In this document: one piece after another, positions 1 through 9,622 of the stretch
How positions within the stretch are numbered: position 1 is the stretch's first letter
How the letters are laid out: each line of letters starts with the position of its first letter
Position numbers and translations under genes: made by a program
DNA from: an uncultured Gemmataceae bacterium
GTDB taxonomy: Bacteria; Planctomycetota; Planctomycetia; Gemmatales; Gemmataceae
DNA: 64,000 bases
Assembly: GCA_963750165.1 (NCBI GenBank)
Contig: CAVVPN010000003.1
Span: 32,001 to 96,000 of the forward strand
Reading direction: 5' to 3'
Notes under the pieces: model-generated
Databases searched by the model: none
What the model was told of the DNA's origin: nothing
Seen by the model: the letters and a program-made list of their open reading frames with translations, nothing else

Positions 1-606
1 GCAGCCCTTCCGGGCGTTCCTTGTACAGCGAGTAGGCCGAGGCCGCCGCCATCGTCGGCACCGCCAGTAGGAACGAGAACTCCACCACCGTCCGCCGCTT
101 CAGCCCCACCGCCAACCCGCCCAGGATCGTCGCCGCCGCCCGCGACACGCCCGGGATCAGCGCCACGCCTGCGCGACGCCGATCAGCAACGCCTGCACCA
201 GGGACATGTTTTCCACGCCCTCGACCGCGTCCTTGCGCTCGCCGTGATACACCTCAAAAAGCACCAGCACGTTGCCGCCGATCAGCAGCGCCCAGAGCGT
301 TACCTCCACGTTGTCCAGGTACTCGCGCACCACCCGGTAAAACAGGAACCCAATCGCCGCCGCCGGCAGGAACGCCACCGCCACGCGCAGCATCACCCGC
401 CAGTTCACCAGCAGCATCCGCCAGTACAGCATCACCACCGCCAGGATGGCCCCGAACTGGATCACTACCTTGAAGGTCTTGGAAAACGACGTGTCCGGCA
501 ACTGCATCAGGTTGGACGCGACGTTCAAATGGCCCGTCGAGGAAATGGGCAAGAACTCGGTCAATCCTTCAACGACGCCGAGGATGACCGCATCGAGGTA
601 ATTCAT
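1..606 (-). CDS. uppP: Undecaprenyl-diphosphate phosphatase (runs off the window start; 1-nt frameshift near 166)
   Basis: N-terminal [17 protein letters not shown] motif. After the shift the frame continues [25 protein letters not shown], the second BacA/UppP motif. Confidence 0.93.
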
Positions 607-633
607 GAACGCTCCTGCGTGGGGCCGGCGGCG

Positions 634-1119
634 CTAAATCCATTTGATGCGGAGCAGGCCGACGAGCGAGAAGCGCGGGGCGTCGGGCCGCGGCTGCCAT
701 TCGACCTTCTTGTAGGTGCCGAAGACGCGATCCCACAGGTCGAACGAGATGCCGAAGTTGTGGTGCCACATGTGCCGATCGTGGTGGAGGAAGTGGACCG
801 GCCGCGGCAGCCAGAAACACAGCTCGGGCTTCTCGTGTTGCAGCTGATGGCTGTAGGCCGCCCAGGCGCCGTAGAGGACCGCGCCCGCCGCCCAGCCGAT
901 GCCGGCCTCCACCGACCACAGGAAGCCCAGCCAGCCGAGGACGACGCCCCCCTTCAGGTAGTCCTTGAACTCCAGCAGCCAACCCTGACCGAAGCCTTCC
1001 TTGTGGTGCTGGGCGTGGACCTTGCGCAGCAGCCAGTTGTGCATGAAGCGGTGCAGCCAGTATTCGCTGAAGGTGCCGAGGAACAGCGACAGCAGCAATG
1101 CCCAGAGCCAGTCCGGCAT
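634..1119 (-). CDS. Sterol desaturase / fatty acid hydroxylase family membrane protein
   Basis: His boxes YWLHRFMH, HAQHH and HFLHH plus NFG..WDRVFGT. ATG 1119 chosen because the longer ORF start lies inside a palindrome. Confidence 0.8.
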   Translation of the reverse strand: MPDWLWALLLSLFLGTFSEYWLHRFMHNWLLRKVHAQHHKEGFGQGWLLEFKDYLKGGVVLGWLGFLWSVEAGIGWAAGAVLYGAWAAYSHQLQHEKPELCFWLPRPVHFLHHDRHMWHHNFGISFDLWDRVFGTYKKVEWQPRPDAPRFSLVGLLRIKWI

Positions 1120-1230
1120 GGCGATCCCCTCCGACACGACAGGGCTCCTCTCGGTACGCAATCCAGGCACTACTTTAGCCGACCCAACGCGGCGTGCAAG
1201 AGGTTTCGCGGGATCGTGGAGCAAAAAGAC

Positions 1231-1312
1231 GGATCCACAGCTGACACAGATGGCACAGATAAAGACAAATTCAAATGTCTTTATCTGTGCCATCTGTGTC
1301 AGCTGTGGATCC
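1231..1312. repeat. Perfect 37-bp inverted repeat built from CACAGA-type ~9-nt periodic units (family A)
   Basis: ggatccacagctgacacagatggcacagataaagaca, an 8-nt loop, then the exact reverse complement. Confidence 0.95.
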
Positions 1313-1419
1313 CTGTCTTTTTTTCTTCCGGCTGCTTCCTTGCACGGCCCCCATCTGCCGATTAAAGTGGAACCAACGATTTACCCCCCAGCGACTGCTT
1401 GCGCCTGCCTCGGAGACTC

Positions 1420-2979
1420 ATGGACACTGTAACCTCTCCTCCGGCCGTGGCCCCGGCCAGCCGCGTCCGCTACGGCGTGCTCGGCTTCGCCTGTTCGCTG
1501 TCGATGATTACCTACCTCGACCGCGTCTGCTTCGGCACGGTGGCGCCGTACATCCAGCGCGAGTTCGGCCTGACGGACGGCCAGAAGGGCATGCTGTTCA
1601 CCGCGTTCGCCCTGGCTTACGCCTCCTTCGAGGTGCCCAGCGGCTGGCTCGGCGACATGTTCGGGCCGCGGCGGACCCTCATCCGCATTGTCCTGTGGTG
1701 GTCGCTGTTCACGGCCCTGACGGGCATGATTTTCCCCATCGCGTCGCTGCCGTGGTTCGCCTTCAACGCCATGCTGACGGTGCGCTTCCTGTTCGGCATG
1801 GGCGAGGCGGGGGCGTACCCGAACCTGGCGCGGGCGCTTCACAACTGGTTCCCGTTCTCGGAGCGCGGCTTCGCGCAGGGGGCGGTGTGGATGGCGGGCC
1901 GCTTCGCTGGCGGCGTCACGCCGCTGATCGTGCTGGCGCTGCTTATGACCGTCACCGATTCGCACGGCGCCGTGGAAGTGCTCCACTGGCGACACACATT
2001 CTGGATCTTCGGCGTGCTGGGCGTGTGCTGGTGCGTCATCTTCTGGTGGTGGTTCCGCGACCGGCCCGAGCAGCACCCAGGCGTCAACGCAGCGGAGCTG
2101 GCGTACATCCGCAGCGCGGTCGCGCTGCCGCCGCTCGACCTGTCGCGGCAGGGCGAACAGCTGGCCGCCGGCTGGGACACCGCCCGGGAGGCCGAGGCGG
2201 CCATGGAGGACATCGGCCGCACGCAGCACGTCGGCACCGGCGAACCACCGCTGCCGGGCGCTCCGATCCCGGAAACGGCCCCCGCCCCGGGCACGACGCC
2301 AGCCCACGACAGCCATTCCCTCACCGGCGTGCCCTGGGGCAAGATCGTGACCAACGGCAACCTGTGGGTGCTGTGCCTGATGTACTTCTGCGGCGCCTAC
2401 GGCTGGTACTTCAACATCACCTACCTGCCGGGTTACCTGCAGAACACCTATGGCCTGAAGCAGGGCCAGCCCTGGAGCGAGGAGTTCTGGACGCTGGGTC
2501 TGCTGGCGGGCCTGCCGCTGCTGTTCGGCTCGCTGGCGTGCCTGACAGGCGGGCTGCTGACGGACCTGTTCATCAAGCGGACGGGCAATCGCAAATGGGG
2601 CCGCCGGCTGTTCGGCGTCGTCGGCCACGGGGCGTGTGCGCTGTGCTACTTCCTGAGCATGGCCGCGCCGAACGCCTTCATGTTCGCGCTGATGGTGGCC
2701 CTGGCGGCGTTCAGTAACGACCTGACGATGGGTTCGGCGTGGGCGAGTTGCCTGGACATTGGCCGCAAGTATTCGGGCATCGTCTCGGGCTGCATGAACA
2801 CCATCGGCAACCTCGGCGGCGCCGCAGCCGGCTATGCGACCGGCTGGGTGCTGGAGCATTACGGCAAGAGCCAGGGCTGGCAGATCAACTTCCTGAGTTT
2901 CGGCGTGGTGTACGTCGTGGCGGTGGGCCTGTGGCTGTGCTTCGACTCGACCCATCCGATAGTGCAGGAAGAACATTGA
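1420..2979 (+). CDS. MFS transporter, anion:cation symporter-like (sugar acid/aldonate type)
   Basis: ITYLDRV, GWLGDMFGPRR, RFLFGMGEAG and SGCMNTIGNLGG motifs; about 12 hydrophobic segments. Confidence 0.9.
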   Translation: MDTVTSPPAVAPASRVRYGVLGFACSLSMITYLDRVCFGTVAPYIQREFGLTDGQKGMLFTAFALAYASFEVPSGWLGDMFGPRRTLIRIVLWWSLFTALTGMIFPIASLPWFAFNAMLTVRFLFGMGEAGAYPNLARALHNWFPFSERGFAQGAVWMAGRFAGGVTPLIVLALLMTVTDSHGAVEVLHWRHTFWIFGVLGVCWCVIFWWWFRDRPEQHPGVNAAELAYIRSAVALPPLDLSRQGEQLAAGWDTAREAEAAMEDIGRTQHVGTGEPPLPGAPIPETAPAPGTTPAHDSHSLTGVPWGKIVTNGNLWVLCLMYFCGAYGWYFNITYLPGYLQNTYGLKQGQPWSEEFWTLGLLAGLPLLFGSLACLTGGLLTDLFIKRTGNRKWGRRLFGVVGHGACALCYFLSMAAPNAFMFALMVALAAFSNDLTMGSAWASCLDIGRKYSGIVSGCMNTIGNLGGAAAGYATGWVLEHYGKSQGWQINFLSFGVVYVVAVGLWLCFDSTHPIVQEEH

Positions 2980-2982
2980 AGA

Positions 2983-3040
2983 ATTGCAAATTGAAAGACA
3001 GCAGAAGTTCTGTCTTTCAATTTGCAATCTGCAATTTGCA
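2983..3040. repeat. TTGCAAA/TTGCAGA heptamer palindrome (family B) between convergent genes; possible bidirectional terminator
   Basis: 19-bp arms at 2983-3001 and 3010-3028, followed by extra gcaat heptamers. Confidence 0.85.
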
Positions 3041-3041
3041 C

Positions 3042-3854
3042 TTATTTTCGCGTCTGCGCCAGCGTCAGATACAGCTGCCCCAGGTGATACCAGGCGCTGC
3101 TGTCGGGCAGCCTGGCGACGGCGGCGGTCAGCGCGGCGACCGCCTGGGCCGCCTCGTCGCAGAACAATGCCGCCATGCCGCGATTGAACAGCACCGGCAC
3201 GTTCGCCGGCTGCGCCTGCCACAGCGTCCGCGCCTCGTCGTGGCGGCCACGGTGCCAGAGCAACGCGGCCTGTTCATTCGCCCAGGCGTCCTTCCACGCC
3301 GCGGGCACGGCCGTCTCGCTGGTCTTCAGCAACTCGGCCGCCGGCCCAAACTGCTTCGCCAACCGCAGCGCGCCGATCGCCAGCAACACCTGCGGGAACT
3401 GCTGCCGGGCGGTCACCTGCTTCGCCCAGTCCAACAGCCCCGAGGCCACCATCGCCGTGCCAGTGCGCGGCCGCAGGTCTGCCAACTTCGGCCGGGCCAT
3501 GAGCACGTGCAGGTTGCGGACCAGCTGCGGGAAGTTGCCGAAGCTGAACGCCAGCGCCGCGGCCGGCTCATGCACCAGCACCAGTTGCGGCCACTGCGGC
3601 GGCGCCTGCCACTTCTGCGGCTGGCTGGTGGGGTCAAAATACGTCGCCACGGACACCGCCTCGACCCAGGCCGGCCGGGCGTCGATGGGCTGCACCGGAC
3701 CCACGTCATACGGCACCACCTCGCCGCTGGGGTCCACGGCCGCCAGGCCCGACGCATGGGCCTCCGCCTGCTGCCGAAGGTAGTTGGCGAACAGCACTTG
3801 CAACGATGGCTGAACGGGCGTCTCGTTCGGCTGGTTGGGATTGGCGTGCGACAT
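3042..3854 (-). CDS. Hypothetical protein with C-terminal TPR-like helices
   Basis: 270-aa ORF; NEQAALLWHRGRHDEA and LFNRGMAALF resemble TPR helices. Confidence 0.7.
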   Translation of the reverse strand: MSHANPNQPNETPVQPSLQVLFANYLRQQAEAHASGLAAVDPSGEVVPYDVGPVQPIDARPAWVEAVSVATYFDPTSQPQKWQAPPQWPQLVLVHEPAAALAFSFGNFPQLVRNLHVLMARPKLADLRPRTGTAMVASGLLDWAKQVTARQQFPQVLLAIGALRLAKQFGPAAELLKTSETAVPAAWKDAWANEQAALLWHRGRHDEARTLWQAQPANVPVLFNRGMAALFCDEAAQAVAALTAAVARLPDSSAWYHLGQLYLTLAQTRK

Positions 3855-3958
3855 GGATCACTTCCTTCCTGGGCGTGCGTTTCCGGGATCGAGTGCGGGT
3901 CTTCGCCAGGAAAACGCACCGGCGGACGAAACTTGCGCCCGAATGAGAAGGAGGCCGC

Positions 3959-4324
3959 TCACAGCAGCCCGTCCACCTGATCGGCGCTCAGTGGCGTGAC
4001 GAAGGCACAGCCGACGTGATAGTCGCCGCCAGGTTGCAGCGTACAATGCTTCACCTCGGCGGGCAAGTCCACCACCTTGCTCGTGGTCGGGTTCTTGATC
4101 TGAATGACGAGGTTTTGGCCCTTGGTCAGCGGCTTGGCGAGCACCAGGCCGACGCCCTCCGGGCTGAGGTCCACGACCCAGGCGCGGCGGTATTCCGTGC
4201 GGTCGGCCAGCACCAGCCGGCTGGGGGTGGCCAGGGCACACTGGTAGCGCACGGAGGCGCGGCGGTTGGACGGCCGGCTTTCCTTGCGCGGCGTGCCGCC
4301 GAACGGGATGTACTGGAACGACAT
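3959..4324 (-). CDS. Single-domain PilZ protein
   Basis: RRASVRY (RxxxR) and DLSPEG (DxSxxG) motifs. Confidence 0.85.
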   Translation of the reverse strand: MSFQYIPFGGTPRKESRPSNRRASVRYQCALATPSRLVLADRTEYRRAWVVDLSPEGVGLVLAKPLTKGQNLVIQIKNPTTSKVVDLPAEVKHCTLQPGGDYHVGCAFVTPLSADQVDGLL

Positions 4325-4364
4325 GCTCGCCTCCTTGATCTCTGGCGGGGGTGCTGGCGGTGGG

Positions 4365-5096
4365 TCAAGCCAGGGCTTTCAGGTCGGCCTCGCTCAGCGA
4401 GCGGATGAAATTGCAGCCCAGCTCTTGGGTGTGGTCGGCCTGGGCGGTGACGTGGACCACGCAGGCGAGCATGGTCCGCCCGAAGTCGCCGTGAGCGGCC
4501 CGCAGTTCGATGCTCAACAGGGTGCCGTTGGCGACCTCCTCTCGCACGCGCAGGCCGACGCCGCTGGCCGAGATGTTGAACACCTCGGCGGCGAACGGCA
4601 CGGACGCCGGCAGGGCGACCGCCAGACATGAGGCGGTCAGGTTGCCCGGGAAGCGCACCCAGCGGCGCTGGTCGGGCGGCTCGGGCCGCTGCCGTTTGGC
4701 CCCGAAGGCGGCCAGATCCTCATCGTTCAACTCGCGCGCGAAGGTGCAGCCGACGGCCCATCGACCGTTCGCCTGGCGGTTGACGTGGATAACGCAGGCC
4801 AGGACCGTGGAGCGCTCCGCGTCGCTGGCGCAGGGCAGTTCCATGCTGACCAGCTCGCCCTCGCTGAGGGACCGAGTCGTGACCAGGAACACACCGCCCA
4901 GGGAGATGTTGGTGATGCGCGCCGCCAACGGCTTGCCGTCGCCGCCACCGACGGATTGCAGGGTGGTAGCGAAGTCGGTGGGGATGCGGTGCCAGGCGCG
5001 GCGGTCGTCCTCGGCCACAACCGTGCCGCCGCCGTCGGCCAGTGTCGGTTTGCGGTTCACCAGGCGCCGCCAGAAAGACACGGTGCGTTCAAACAT
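4365..5096 (-). CDS. Tandem PilZ domain protein
   Basis: Two repeats, RRAWHR..NISLGG and RRWVR..NISASG, each followed by LACV(I/V)HV..GC(T/N)F. Confidence 0.87.
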   Translation of the reverse strand: MFERTVSFWRRLVNRKPTLADGGGTVVAEDDRRAWHRIPTDFATTLQSVGGGDGKPLAARITNISLGGVFLVTTRSLSEGELVSMELPCASDAERSTVLACVIHVNRQANGRWAVGCTFARELNDEDLAAFGAKRQRPEPPDQRRWVRFPGNLTASCLAVALPASVPFAAEVFNISASGVGLRVREEVANGTLLSIELRAAHGDFGRTMLACVVHVTAQADHTQELGCNFIRSLSEADLKALA

Positions 5097-5261
5097 GAGG
5101 ATGCCACCTTCAGGGTGCAGGATCCTGGGTAAGTTTAGTTCACGCGGCCGCCCCTGTCAAACGGCCGCCGACGGAACCGCCGCCCAGGCCGCCGTCAAGA
5201 CCAAAGTCGTCAACTACAGTAACTGTTCCGCCAGGTGTTTGGCGGTGCGGGGAAGTAGTAA

Positions 5262-5392
5262 CAGCGCTTTATAGGCGAGCGGCGCAGCGTCAGCCCGCCG
5301 GTACTTCGGAGCAGCGCTTTTTAGGCGAGCGGCGCGGCGTCAGCCCGCCGGTGCTCCGAAGTACCGGCGGGCTGACGCCGCGCCGCTCGCCT
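5262..5392. repeat. REP-like GC-rich palindrome family E (GGCGAGCGGCGCGGCGTCAGCCCGCCG): two direct copies and one inverted copy
   Basis: 50-bp-period direct repeat followed by an inverted copy; the same unit recurs at 35120 and 62706. Confidence 0.9.
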
Positions 5393-5645
5393 GGAGCGGT
5401 TCGCGCACGGGTGGTGGGACAGCGGGCACGGCTTGACCAGCAGCGGCCTGCTCTGTCCTATCAAGGACGCCAAGAACGCCAAGAACGCCATCTTTTTCAT
5501 ACGTCGAGAATCGGCGCCTGGGAGCGACCCGCTCGAAAAAGTGGTGGCGACAGCCGCCGCCAGCGTGTATCTTCAATTCCAACCGCCGGGAGTCCTCGGC
5601 GGCTGGCTTCATGACCAACCCCCTCTCCGCCACTGAGACACCGCC

Positions 5646-7180
5646 ATGTGCGACCTCCAAACCCGTCCCTCGTCCGCCCTGCTCCGCCGACTGCTGCCGG
5701 CCCTGGTGCTGGCGCTGCTGCTGGCGCCGGCGCTGCGCGCCAGCAGCCGCCGGTCAAACAGGTGCCGGCCGTCGCCACCGAGCCGGAACGCAAGATCCTC
5801 GCGGAGATCAAGCAGCACTCCGAACAGCTGAAGAACCTGACGTATTTGTGCGACGTGATCGGCCCACGCCTGACCGGCACGCCGGCGCTGAAGCGCGCCA
5901 ACGACTGGGGGGCCGAGCGCATGAAAGCGTACGGCCTGACCAACGTCCACCACGAAGCATGGATAATGCCCGAGGGCTGGAAACGCGGCCCCGCGCACTG
6001 CCGTGTCCTGGAGCCGGACAACGGCCGCAGCATCAGCGTCGCCTCGATGGCCTGGACACACGGCACCCCCGGCAAAATCCAGGGCGACGTGGTGGTGCTC
6101 AAGGCGAAAACGGTGGCCGACCTGGACGCCTACAAGGGCAAGCTCAAGAACGCCATCGTGCTGCAAAACCCGCCCACGGTGCTGCCGCCCTACGGCGAGC
6201 TGGACAAGGGCGGCTTTCTGCCGGCCGGCGGCGGTGGCAAGAAGAAGGGCGGCGGCCAACCGATTGAGGAGATCGTCGCCTTCCGCAAGGCGCTGCGCGA
6301 GTTCCTGACGCGGGAGGGCGTGGCGGCGGTGTTCATCGACGCGAGCAAGCATTTCAACCTGCTGGCGACCACCGGCGGCTGGGGCCGCTACTTCGGCAAC
6401 GAACGGCCCAGCGCCATCAACAAGCTGCCGCAGTTGTTCGTGGCCCACGACCACTACGCCATGCTCTACCGCCTGGCGACGCGGCCGGCGCCGGCCAAAA
6501 CACGCGTCGAGCTGGAGGTGACCAACGAATTCGTGCCGGGACCGCTCACGGTCTACAACACGGTCGGCGAGCTGCGCGGCAGCGAGAAGCCGGACGAGTA
6601 CGTGGTGGTTGGGGCGCACCTGGATTCGTGGGACCTGGGCCAGGGGACGCTGGACAACGGCACCGGCACGTCGGTGGTGCTGGAGACGGCGCGGGCGCTG
6701 GTCAAGAGCAGCGCGGCGCCGAAGCGCACCATCCGCTTCATTCTCTTCACCGGCGAGGAGCAGGGTCTGCACGGCTCGCGCGCCTACGTCGAGAAGCACA
6801 AGGCCGAACTGCCGCGCATCTCGGCGTGCCTGGTCCATGACACCGGCACCGGTCGGGTCATCAGCCTGGGCTGGCTCGGCCGGCCGCCCATCCAGGAGAT
6901 TTTGGAGAAGGAGCTGGCGGTGCTGAAGGAACTGGGCGTCAAGGACCTGTACGGCCGCGGCTTCGGCGGCAGCGATCACGCCTCGTTCGCCGCGGTGGGC
7001 GTGCCTGGCTGTGCCTACAACCAGGAGACGGCCGGCTACCGCTTCGCGCACCACTCGCAGGCAGACACGCTCGGCATGGTGCGGCAGGATGACCTGATCC
7101 AGGGGGCGCAGGTGACCGCCCTCGCGGCGTTGCGGTTGGCGAACCTGGAGCAACTGCTGCCGCGCGACAAGAAAGAGTGA
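5646..7180 (+). CDS. Secreted M28-family metallopeptidase (carboxypeptidase Q-like); 1-nt frameshift near 5740 after the signal peptide
   Basis: IGPRLTGT, GAHLDSWD, DNGTG, GEEQGL and SDHASF motifs. The signal peptide LLPALVLALLLAPALRA lies in the neighbouring frame from ATG 5646. Confidence 0.88.
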
Positions 7181-7191
7181 CACTGCGGTGT

Positions 7192-7257
7192 CACTCGTGC
7201 CCGGTTCCGTTTCGCGCGGGCTCATCCGGGGGCGCGAAACGGAACCGGGCACGAGTG
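7192..7257. repeat. Palindrome family H (CGTTTCGCGC core)
   Basis: cactcgtgcccggttccgtttcgcgc..gcgcgaaacggaaccgggcacgagtg; related core at 29285-29333. Confidence 0.85.
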
Positions 7258-7322
7258 GCGCCGGGAAGCGTCAGCACCGTTCACGTTTGATCGGCCCCGG
7301 ATTTTCTCAGACAGGAAGTGCC

Positions 7323-8186
7323 ATGACCCAGCCCCATCCGCAGCGGCTCGGTATCACTCGGGTTGAAGTGATCCTGATGATTTCCATCCTCGTCCTGGTG
7401 ATCGGGCTGGCGGTGCCTGCCGTTCATCTGATGAAGGCGGAGGCGGCCCGGACAACAACGATCAACTATCTGACCTTTCTGGGCAAGGCGACGCACAACT
7501 TCGCCGGCACCTACGGCACCAAGCTGCCGTACAACGGCACGCCGACCACCGGCATCCGGCTCAACGACAGGAGTGTCAGCATCTTCGCCCATCTGGTGCC
7601 GTTCGTCGAGCAGGACTGCTGCGTCAGGACCGCGCCCGACTCGACCGTCATTCCGCCGTTCACGACGCCGCAGGACTTCACCGCCCGGCAAACCGGCTTG
7701 ACGAGTAACGGCCTGGGCCTTGTCAGCTTCGCCGGCAACGCTCAGCTGTTCAACAGTGGCACCATCCAGCGCCTGCCCGCCGGCTTCGCCCCGGCCGGCA
7801 CGTCCAACGTGGTCATGTATGGCACCGCCTGGGCGGTCTGCGGCAACACCGAGCGGGCCTGGAGCAGCCTGTCCGCCTTCGAGCTGCCGCCGCCGGACAG
7901 TCTGGTGACCGGTACCATCACCTGCTACCAGAGTTCCAACGCCGCCTACCGTGGGGAAGTGGAGCCCCTTATTCCGAACGTGCTGGTGCCACTCCCGCAG
8001 CCCAGGAACACGGACCCGACCGACTGCGTCGATTCACGCTTACAGTCCTTCGGCAGCGTCACCCACGTGTGCATGGGGGACGGCAGCGTTCGCGGCGTCA
8101 GTTCTTCGGTGACCATCTACACCTGGTCGGTCGTCAACAGCCCCAAGAGGGGGCCTGAACCGAACTTTAACCCTTGTTGTGAATGA
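7323..8186 (+). CDS. DUF1559-type prepilin-like protein (divergent)
   Basis: GITRVEVILMISILVLVIGLAVPAV N-terminus, GTSNVVM, and C-terminal VCMGDGSVR. Confidence 0.8.
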   Translation: MTQPHPQRLGITRVEVILMISILVLVIGLAVPAVHLMKAEAARTTTINYLTFLGKATHNFAGTYGTKLPYNGTPTTGIRLNDRSVSIFAHLVPFVEQDCCVRTAPDSTVIPPFTTPQDFTARQTGLTSNGLGLVSFAGNAQLFNSGTIQRLPAGFAPAGTSNVVMYGTAWAVCGNTERAWSSLSAFELPPPDSLVTGTITCYQSSNAAYRGEVEPLIPNVLVPLPQPRNTDPTDCVDSRLQSFGSVTHVCMGDGSVRGVSSSVTIYTWSVVNSPKRGPEPNFNPCCE

Positions 8187-8319
8187 TGGCCCGTCTGCCC
8201 GGTTTGGCGGAGGAGAATGATTTCTGGTAATCGATGCCGGCCCTGAATTCACCGGCAGATCTGTTCCCATGCAGGCGGTTCTGGCGAACAAAATCCCCGG
8301 CAAAGCACCGCGATGGCTC

Positions 8320-8516
8320 TCGAAGTCGGCCGCGAACGCGGCCGCGAACTGGGCGACCCGGTCGGCCTGCAGGGTGGGTGGGTTGCCTTGGACGTGCAGC
8401 AGGTAATCGGCCTTGGTGCTGCGGATCGCCTGGGCGATTTCCTGCTGGCAACCGCGGGCGTCAATCGAGACCAACGCGCCGTGGAGTTCCAGCAGTCGGA
8501 GCAGATTGGGAATGGC
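8320..8516 (-). mobile_element. ISAs1-family transposase fragment
   Basis: AIPNLLRLLELHGALVSIDARGCQQEIAQAI..ADYLLHVQGNPPTL matches the ISAs1 core motif; only about 65 aa remain. Confidence 0.8.
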
Positions 8517-8600
8517 GGCGTGTGGGAATAGCGGGAAGTCGGGGTACGGCTTGGTGGGCTTGCCAGGCTTGGGAGGGGTGGTAAAATGTGTTTCGGACAT
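8517..8600 (-). pseudogene. N-terminal stub of a planctomycete-type tyrosine integrase
   Basis: KPGKPTKPYPDFPLFPHA resembles the N-terminus of planctomycete integrases; it is cut off and fused in frame to ISAs1 sequence. Confidence 0.55.
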
Positions 8601-8755
8601 GGTGACGTTATGCTTGAACTGGCGTCACAATGTTCGGGCAGGTGGTAACGACACTCCGGCCAATGATTAGAAGTATAACTGGTGTAAAAGCGGGTGAAAT
8701 GCTGAGTAGGCAAAGGGCAAAGAGACGACGCAAACAGTTGAAATAAAAAACCTTC

Positions 8756-8826
8756 TGGGGAATGGTGTAACGGTAGCACAGCAGACTCTGGATCTGCTTG
8801 TCTAGGTTCGAATCCTAGTTCCCCAA
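8756..8826 (+). tRNA. tRNA-Gln(CTG)
   Basis: tggggaa/ttcccca acceptor stem, gcaga-ctCTGga-tctgc anticodon arm, GGTTCGAATCC T-arm; CCA not encoded. Confidence 0.96.
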
Positions 8827-9069
8827 CTTCCTTAAAGCCTTTCGCAACAATAACTTGGGGGAGGTTTTTTCTATTGCTATGGTGGCTGATTCACTGTTTG
8901 TCCACACTTTTCCCACACTTTTTGAAAAGTGTGGGGAACCCCATTCTTTGACGACCCGCGCCACAACAACAGCCCTCAGCTTCAATTCACCAAACCCGCG
9001 AGAGAACCGTAAAATGGACCCACCCCAGCCGCATCCGTTCCAATAGGCCCCGTCGCCCGCGGGGCCTTC

Positions 9070-9303
9070 CCAAGCCCTACACGCGCACCCGGCCGCCGGC
9101 AGCACCCGTCCTCGGCCCCTTCCACGCCGTCATCGACGCCATTCTCGCCGCCGACGAGGACGCGCTTCCCAAGCAGCGCCACACCGCCATGCAGTTCTTC
9201 CGGCGGCTGTGTGACGAGCACGGCTACCAGGGCGGCTACGACCAGGTGCGCCGCTACGTCGGCTGCCAGCGCCGCGACCGCCGCGAGACCTTCATCGCAC
9301 TAC
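9070..9303 (+). mobile_element. IS21-family IstA transposase fragment
   Basis: LGPFHAVIDAILAADEDALPKQRHTAMQFFRRLCDEHGYQGGYDQVRRYV is the IstA N-terminal motif. Confidence 0.8.
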
Positions 9304-9304
9304 C

Positions 9305-9488
9305 TGGCCGCCCTGGGGCGAGCGCTCGCCCCAGGGCGCCGTGCAAGATCTTGAGGGCATCGCGTTCCTTCTGGCTCATAGCAATCCGGTCGGGGGTTGG
9401 CACGCTGGTAGTCATGGCTCCTCCTTGGCCTGGGCAAGGAGGACTTTTCTACCGCGTGCAGACCGGACATTTTTATTGTCGTTCAACA
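9305..9488 (-). mobile_element. Left end and transposase N-terminus of an ISNCY/IS481-like element
   Basis: Minus-strand end TGTTGAACGACAATAAAAATGTCC, GGAGG RBS, then MTTSVPTPDRIAMSQKERDALKILHG, truncated. Confidence 0.6.
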
Positions 9489-9526
9489 CAGGGTCTTTGT
9501 CGATTTTGCCGGCGTGGTTGGCTCTC

Positions 9527-9594
9527 GGGGGTAGCGGAAGTCGCCAGACTTCCGTCCAGCGCTGCTCGGAAGTCTGGCGACTTCCGCTACCCCC
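9527..9594. repeat. REP-like palindrome family F (GTAGCGGAAGTCGCCAGACTTCCG)
   Basis: Perfect 28-bp arms with a 12-nt loop; second copy at 16006-16075. Confidence 0.92.
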
Positions 9595-9622
9595 AAACGC
9601 CTCGCGATCAAGCACCGCGGCC

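Noticed and set aside
1120..1293. N-terminal extensions of ORFs reading through palindromes (e.g. FICAICV, MQIADCKL, MTND)
   Set aside because: These peptides are translations of repeat units; downstream starts fit better.
5262..5392. Possible CRISPR array (50-bp periodic direct repeat)
   Set aside because: Only two direct copies plus an inverted one, no unique spacers and no cas genes; it is a REP-like doublet.
5465..5490. ACGCCAAGA 9-nt tandem repeat
   Set aside because: Fewer than three units and no inverted partner; at most a remnant arm of family A.
8040..8600. 186-aa ORF as a functional novel fusion protein
   Set aside because: Chimera of an integrase-like stub, an ISAs1 fragment and read-through antisense to the DUF1559 gene.
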